In this document: in pieces, positions 58,515 through 64,000 of the stretch | Position numbering within the stretch: position 1 is the stretch's first letter | Layout: every line of letters begins with the position of its first letter | IMG/VR virus record: IMGVR_UViG_3300025012_000026 | Coordinates: 62,001 to 126,000 of that record | Direction: 5' to 3' (one strand) | Length of the DNA: 64,000 nucleotides | Position numbers and translations under genes: made by a program | Notes under the pieces: model-generated | Seen by the model: only the letters and a program-made list of their open reading frames with translations | Databases searched by the model: none | What the model was told of the DNA's origin: nothing

Positions 58515-61500
58515 TTAGCACTTGCTATATCCACAAACACAACTAATACAGCCACTAATATGTTTCAATTTAATACCACAGTCTGGACATTTATCTTTTT
58601 CATCAGGTTCCAATTTTTCTTCATTTGATAATTTAGCAATAGGTTTAATACTTGCACTTAATTCTCCATTGATAAATTTTAGCATTTGTTTTGCTATAGA
58701 ATCCGCACAACTTTTCCCGATAGTCTTATCTTTTTTTCTAGCTTCTTTACTCACATCGCAACTTACGCTTTGAAGTTGATCAATTACTTGCAGAGGATCA
58801 ACATTTGCTCTTAATAATAATGATACAGACCTACTCAACCCCTCTGTCATTCCGCGACAGCCTCCGGTACTTCCTGATTGAGAAAATATTTCACATAAAT
58901 TATTATCATTGTCATATACAAGTGTTAACCACATTGATCCACATCCAGTTTTAATTTTTAATCTTACTGAATTGGCAATATCTAATGTTTCATTAATCAA
59001 GACATATTTTTTATCTTCATCAGTTGAAGAAATTTTACCTCCTGAAAGGGTTTGATTTTGTCTTGACCCATCTCTATAGACAGCTAATCCCTTAAGACCT
59101 TCTTTCCAAGCATAAATGTAAATATCATATATATCTTCTACACTAGCATTACTTGAAAAATTGACTGTTTTAGACAAGGATAAATCTACATGTTTTTGCA
59201 AAACTGATACCATGTTCACATGTTCTTTAGGAGATAAATCATGAGCAGTAACAAAAATATTTCTAATTTCTTTAGGAATTTCTTTTATTCCTTGACATGA
59301 ACCATGATTATTTTCAATCTTACCCATTAGTTCTTCAGAATAAATCCCCAATTCTTTAAGTTTGTTTTCAAAGGTTGGATTATTTATAAAATAAATATTA
59401 TTATCATATGTCCTACGACTGTATGTAAGACCAAATTGTGGTTCGCAACCTCCAGAAACCCCTGCTAGAAATGATATTGTTCCATTGGGGGCAATTGAAA
59501 GCAATGAACTATTTCTAACTTTCAATCCCTGTTGTTGCCATTCACTACCTTCCCAAGCAGGGTAAACTCCTCGTTCTTCTGCTAAATCCATTGTAGCTTT
59601 TAAGGCATTGTCTTTCATTACTTTAATAATTCTCTCTGCGAAATCATAACCTTTTTGAGAATTATATTTAATTCCTAATACATACAGAGCATCTGCCAAA
59701 CCCATCATTCCCATTCCAATGGGACGAATCGCTTCAGTCATTTGTTGAATTTTGGTTAGTGGCAATTTATTAATAGAAATCATATTATCAAACCATCTAA
59801 TCGCTTTATATGACAAGATTTTTAATTTATCCCAATTAAATTTACCATCTTTGATACAAGCATATATATTAATACTACCTAAGTTACATGAAGAATTAGG
59901 TATATTACTAAACTCATTGCAATTATGGACATAAGCTCCATTTGTAATTCCCATATGTAACTCATTTTCTGTAAAATCCCATACTTCTGCTTCATCTAGT
60001 TCAGAGATTAATATCACTGTTTCAAATTTTTCATCTAGTTTGTTTTGGTATTCTAGATAGCCATTTTTATAGTCTTGAATAAATCCAATTTCATCAAGGA
60101 ATTTTTTATAGGAATTTCTACTAATAACAATATGGGCAGATTGTTTACAAGTATAAGTCCCATTGCTAAATTCTATATCATTCTTTTTATTGTGATACCA
60201 CAATTTGCCTTTAACACCAAACATCAATAACATTTGTTGAACCTGTTTCAACATTTCTGTATTAATAGATACTAATTGAATCCTATGATGTTCTTTTAAA
60301 TTGCATCCATTTGCACTAAAAAGTCCAATCAAAAAATCTTTCATTTCATTTTTAGGAAGAGTCATAATCCAATCTGGTATCATACGATCATCAATTTTAT
60401 CATAAAAAGCATTAGCGTATACAGTACCATAGGGGATATTTAAGACATGATTTATATCTTGCTTGTTAGAATCTTTTGCGTAAAACTTTTCTCCTAATTC
60501 TTTTTCTATTAAAATCATTGCTTCTTTATCTTTTTCTGGATTTGCAAAAATATATTTCATTCTATTAGATGCTTTATGGAATGTTGCATCTCCAAATTCA
60601 AAACCTAAGACTTTATAATTTACATGAGGGTATAGATTATTTCCGATCCATTCTTTTTCTTTAATTTCAAAAGCAATATCTTTTCCAATTAAATCAATTG
60701 CTTTACACCAACTACCATCTTTAAGCATAAATTTATGATCTTCAGTAGTAGTGTACTCATAACCACTTTTAGTCATAATTTTATATACTTTTTTTATGCC
60801 TGTTTGCCATGTTTTCGTAGTTACATATTTTTCTCCATTCCACATCTTAGATTTAATATTGCTAATTTTCTCTAAACCATTCTCAGTTACCATATAAGTA
60901 TCTTTGTGTAAACAAGGATTTGTAAAAATTAATGTACTTAAATGTTTATTGGGATTATCCGCATCCATGCGACTTTGATAATTCGCTCCGGGTTCTCCTG
61001 TCTCCCATGAACATCTTGCAATTTCTTCTAAAATTTCTTTTGCTTTTAATGTCTGATACACAATGGTTGGATAACCTTTATCTTTCCACCACTCTAAATC
61101 TCCATTCCATTCTTGATTATAAATTTCCTTATTCCATTGATAATCAGGAAACTCTAGATTCCAATCTTCATCATTTTCTACAGCCTTCATAAAATCATCA
61201 GTAAGAGAGATAGAAATATTCATTCTTTTTAATTCACTTGTATTGTCTTTACTATGTATAAAATCTAATAATTGAGGATGCCAACATTGAAGATTTATTT
61301 TTAAAGCGCCTTTTCTTGATGGATTAAATTTAGTCATATCATCAGCAGTTCTATCATATTTTCCCATAAATGTAGTAACTCCACCAGCATATCCTTTAGA
61401 TGTATCTACTTTTGCTTTTGCAGGTCTTAATACACTAATATCTGTTCCTGCACCACCATTGCGTTGAAAAATCTTACTAAATTCTGCATCTAACAAACAT

Positions 61501-61781
61501 ATGTCTTCTATATTATCTTTCGTTTGCAAAACAAAGCAAGATGATAATTGGCCTGGATTATCTTTATCTGCGTTTAACAAAACGGGTGTACTAAATATGA
61601 ATTCCAAATTAGACATTGCTTCATAAACTTCTTTTTTAATCTGTTGTTTTTTATCATTAGTTTCTACTTCTGCAATTGCAGTTGAAACCCTTTCACATAA
61701 ATCTTCCCAAGTTTTTTCGTTTTCTTTAAAGTATTGTTTTTCTTTAAGTAATTTCAATGCATCTTCTGAAATAGTTGTCAA
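58515..61781 (-). CDS. nrdJ: Class II (B12-dependent) ribonucleotide reductase with intein and C-terminal TSCPD/zinc ribbon
   Basis: QLSSCFV, GGAG, TGEPG, TNP|C...CNE, CNLGSIN, IAPNGTIS, KGLAVYRDGSR, SCADSIA. Confidence 0.92.
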   Translation of the reverse strand: MTTISEDALKLLKEKQYFKENEKTWEDLCERVSTAIAEVETNDKKQQIKKEVYEAMSNLEFIFSTPVLLNADKDNPGQLSSCFVLQTKDNIEDICLLDAEFSKIFQRNGGAGTDISVLRPAKAKVDTSKGYAGGVTTFMGKYDRTADDMTKFNPSRKGALKINLQCWHPQLLDFIHSKDNTSELKRMNISISLTDDFMKAVENDEDWNLEFPDYQWNKEIYNQEWNGDLEWWKDKGYPTIVYQTLKAKEILEEIARCSWETGEPGANYQSRMDADNPNKHLSTLIFTNPCLHKDTYMVTENGLEKISNIKSKMWNGEKYVTTKTWQTGIKKVYKIMTKSGYEYTTTEDHKFMLKDGSWCKAIDLIGKDIAFEIKEKEWIGNNLYPHVNYKVLGFEFGDATFHKASNRMKYIFANPEKDKEAMILIEKELGEKFYAKDSNKQDINHVLNIPYGTVYANAFYDKIDDRMIPDWIMTLPKNEMKDFLIGLFSANGCNLKEHHRIQLVSINTEMLKQVQQMLLMFGVKGKLWYHNKKNDIEFSNGTYTCKQSAHIVISRNSYKKFLDEIGFIQDYKNGYLEYQNKLDEKFETVILISELDEAEVWDFTENELHMGITNGAYVHNCNEFSNIPNSSCNLGSINIYACIKDGKFNWDKLKILSYKAIRWFDNMISINKLPLTKIQQMTEAIRPIGMGMMGLADALYVLGIKYNSQKGYDFAERIIKVMKDNALKATMDLAEERGVYPAWEGSEWQQQGLKVRNSSLLSIAPNGTISFLAGVSGGCEPQFGLTYSRRTYDNNIYFINNPTFENKLKELGIYSEELMGKIENNHGSCQGIKEIPKEIRNIFVTAHDLSPKEHVNMVSVLQKHVDLSLSKTVNFSSNASVEDIYDIYIYAWKEGLKGLAVYRDGSRQNQTLSGGKISSTDEDKKYVLINETLDIANSVRLKIKTGCGSMWLTLVYDNDNNLCEIFSQSGSTGGCRGMTEGLSRSVSLLLRANVDPLQVIDQLQSVSCDVSKEARKKDKTIGKSCADSIAKQMLKFINGELSASIKPIAKLSNEEKLEPDEKDKCPDCGIKLKHISGCISCVCGYSKC
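59922..60914 (-). mobile_element. 331-aa intein with LAGLIDADG endonuclease
   Basis: CLHKDT...TTEDH...LGFEFGDA...FLIGLFSANG...VWDF...VHN followed by extein Cys. Confidence 0.92.
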
Positions 61782-61835
61782 TTTATGTATCCTCCAATAA
61801 TTTTATTTTAATATTTATAAGTTAAAAAGATTATT

Positions 61836-62048
61836 CTATTGCCTTTGAATACGTTCATATTCTTTTTCATATTTCTCCATAATTTTAGTATCATACTGCC
61901 AACCTGAAATCTCTGCACTTAAATTATTAGAAAGCACCCTCACTTCTTCCATTTCTACCTTATTTAATTCAGAAAATTTATGTAATAGTCTTTTCAATTC
62001 TCTAACAATGTCTAAGATATCCATATTTCCATAATCCATTGTCATCAT
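61836..62048 (-). CDS. Hypothetical protein
   Basis: GGAGGTG RBS. Confidence 0.5.
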   Translation of the reverse strand: MMTMDYGNMDILDIVRELKRLLHKFSELNKVEMEEVRVLSNNLSAEISGWQYDTKIMEKYEKEYERIQRQ

Positions 62049-62069
62049 ATTTCTATCACCTCCCTTCAA

Positions 62070-62321
62070 TTACTTCCAGTGATTATTCTTCTTTAGAATA
62101 TCAACAACCTCATCAGCATAATCAACATCAACATTAATAACAAGATATTTATTTCCTGTATTCTTATTGAATTTATATCTACTGATTCTAATATTTTTAA
62201 GTATTCTAGCTAAATCTGTCCTATCTTGTTCTGAAGCATGTTTAATCACATCTTCTTGTTTAATGACAATGTATTTATTGAAGTCTGCACCACTTAAATT
62301 AACACTCAAATGTTTTACCAC
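62070..62321 (-). CDS. Conserved phage hypothetical protein
   Basis: NKYIVIK...NKYLVINVD..YADEV. Confidence 0.6.
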   Translation of the reverse strand: MVKHLSVNLSGADFNKYIVIKQEDVIKHASEQDRTDLARILKNIRISRYKFNKNTGNKYLVINVDVDYADEVVDILKKNNHWK

Positions 62322-62489
62322 CTTCTTTCTATTTTAAATAACCATTAATTCTTTTATCATAAAGATATTCACCTAATGATGAACTTAATAAGTTTGCAAA
62401 TATTCTCAATTCCTCTAATTGTTTAAAATTTAGAACAGGATAATTATTGAGTAACGGTTTCATTTGTTCGACAATATATATTTCTCTGA

Positions 62490-62693
62490 TTATGTATCAC
62501 CTTCTTTATCTTCGATTAATTCTACCTGAACCATCTTGCTCCTATCTCCATAAAACCATTGCCAATTGTTCTCTTTTGAACAAATGTTTTTAAATTTAAT
62601 ATAAACAAGATTGGAGGAGTTTTTATATAAGAATCTACTACATACCATTGATTGTATGCAATCGGAGTATTCACATAAGCAGAAATCGAACAC
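62490..62693 (-). CDS. Small Cys-rich protein
   Basis: DFCLC...C...CSRF. Confidence 0.5.
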   Translation of the reverse strand: MFDFCLCEYSDCIQSMVCSRFLYKNSSNLVYIKFKNICSKENNWQWFYGDRSKMVQVELIEDKEGDT

Positions 62694-62696
62694 TAA

Positions 62697-62894
62697 TTAA
62701 TCTTCCATCCTTTCATTTTTAATTTCTGACATTTCATTATCAAATACTTCAATTGCCACCTTTTTGTAATAATGACCTTTATTAGTGTCTTGATCTACAA
62801 TGAATGCGTAATTAACTTTATCTGTATAGTTTTTCTCATACTCTTCAGAAGTGCACTGAATCCAATCACCATCTCTACCATGTAAAATTTTAAT
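62697..62894 (-). CDS. Hypothetical protein, probable ATT start
   Basis: GAGGTG RBS 6 nt before ATT; similar to 63031-63177. Confidence 0.5.
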   Translation of the reverse strand: MKILHGRDGDWIQCTSEEYEKNYTDKVNYAFIVDQDTNKGHYYKKVAIEVFDNEMSEIKNERMED

Positions 62895-63030
62895 ATGTAT
62901 CACCTCTTTTGATTTAGCAAGAATTTGATTAGTGGTATTAATAAGATATGTGATCAAATTCTTGCTAATATTTATTTTATGCTTATGTATGTTAATTATG
63001 TCAAGATTATTGAATAATAGAATATAGATA

Positions 63031-63177
63031 TTAACCGATTTTCTTATAATAAGTAGTGATATTTGTGTCATTATTTTTGCTGAACATGAAGTTTGCTTTG
63101 TCTTGGGAATTGTATTCTTGAGAAGTGCATGTAGTCCATTTTCCGTCGATGCGATTGATGAGTTTTGTGGGGTTCAT
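63031..63177 (-). CDS. 48-aa hypothetical protein
   Basis: TTGACA-17-TATAAT (63236-63208), AGGAGGTG RBS; MNPTKLINRIDGKWTTCTSQEY...YYKKIG. Confidence 0.7.
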   Translation of the reverse strand: MNPTKLINRIDGKWTTCTSQEYNSQDKANFMFSKNNDTNITTYYKKIG

Positions 63178-63242
63178 TTTTGTTTTTCACCTCCTCTCTA
63201 TGTGAATATTATAGCATGTGGGGAATGTGGTGTCAAGGAATT

Positions 63243-64000
63243 TTATTTATTGGTTTGAGATAGTAGCAATTCTTTAAGATAAGTTTTTCTATTAAAGTCT
63301 GCTTTTTTCTTTATAGCTCTATTTACCGTTTCTATTTCACCAAAATGGAATACTTTTTGCTTTGCTCTCGTTTGCGAAACATAAATAAGATTGCTATTAA
63401 GCATAAAGGTGTGAGCTTTAGGAGTTATCATAATAACCTTTTCACATTGACCGCCTTGGCTCTTTAATATCGAAATACTATATGAAAGCTTAATATTAAT
63501 TAAATCACTTTTATTATAAATAACCAACTCATCAAATTGAATAATTAATTTACCATTCTTAATTTTTACGATTTTACCTATTTCTCCATTTGCAACAAAT
63601 GTTTTATCATCTTCGTCTATATAACTTTCATTATATCTTATCGCACTATAATTATTAACAACTTGAATAACAAGATCATTCTCATAAAATTTTGTATCTC
63701 CAAGTTGAACATGTATATTTCCTGATAATACATTAGGATTTGCTATAGGTTGCAAGTGCTTATTTATAGCAACCGTTCCATAATCACCTACATTATACGA
63801 TGACAATATCATTATATCTTCTTTTGATGTTCCAGATGATAATAATTTTTGATATAACGCCACAACATTTTTCATTATATTTTCTTGCAACATAGGTATA
63901 AACATATATCCTTTGTCATTACCAAACATTTGTGGATTTTTAGAATCTGCTAGGAATTTTTCACTATTTCTTGTTTTTGTTGCTACAGTTAATACTCCTC
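63243..64000 (-). CDS. recD2: RecD2-like SF1B helicase (C-terminal part, runs off the window)
   Basis: DLVIQVVNNY, VANGEIG, SYSISILKSQG, NLIYVSQTRAK; frame open to the window edge. Confidence 0.88.
   Translation of the reverse strand, partial: GVLTVATKTRNSEKFLADSKNPQMFGNDKGYMFIPMLQENIMKNVVALYQKLLSSGTSKEDIMILSSYNVGDYGTVAINKHLQPIANPNVLSGNIHVQLGDTKFYENDLVIQVVNNYSAIRYNESYIDEDDKTFVANGEIGKIVKIKNGKLIIQFDELVIYNKSDLINIKLSYSISILKSQGGQCEKVIMITPKAHTFMLNSNLIYVSQTRAKQKVFHFGEIETVNRAIKKKADFNRKTYLKELLLSQTNK

Noticed and set aside
169-61192. Short antisense/overlapping ORFs in the track (e.g. 169-363, 11035-11247, 31200-31472, 58522-58773)
   Set aside because: Shadows of longer motif-bearing genes, without RBS or recognisable motifs
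63455-63490. Inactive RecD2 because of SILKSQG instead of the usual HKSQG
   Set aside because: Single substitution in a partial gene; cannot be judged without an alignment
1-64000. CRISPR array, Cas12-type system or tRNA genes
   Set aside because: No regularly spaced repeat-spacer units or cloverleafs seen by eye; the RuvC proteins have IS ends and TnpB size

Overview
AT-rich 64-kb segment of a large tailed Bacillota (probably Clostridia) phage that also looks like a self-replicating, possibly self-transmissible plasmid. From left to right: a tail/receptor-binding module (1-9.7 kb, with glycoside-hydrolase-like and deacetylase-like proteins); a lysis cassette (Amidase_3, XhlA-like protein, holin); a + strand region rich in HNH/GIY-YIG endonucleases and small genes with strong sigmaA promoters; a - strand minimal Gram-positive conjugation-like module (M23 peptidase, pilin, VirB6-like, PrgI-like, VirB4, VirD4-like, Replic_Relax-type relaxase) followed by a DndB/ParB-like gene; a ParMRC-type partition locus with a 47-bp palindrome; a Rep gene with a DnaA domain-I C-terminus, internal iterons/DnaA boxes and an antisense-RNA-controlled leader; and a nucleotide-metabolism/replication block (5'-nucleotidase, Gmk, ThyX, radical SAM, dCMP deaminase, NUDIX, intein-bearing class II RNR, RecD2). 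Three non-autonomous TnpB elements (two IS607, one IS605/IS1341) are inserted; only one tnpB is intact. No integrase, capsid genes, tRNA or CRISPR array were seen in the window. Family assignments come from reading motifs by eye, not from database searches.
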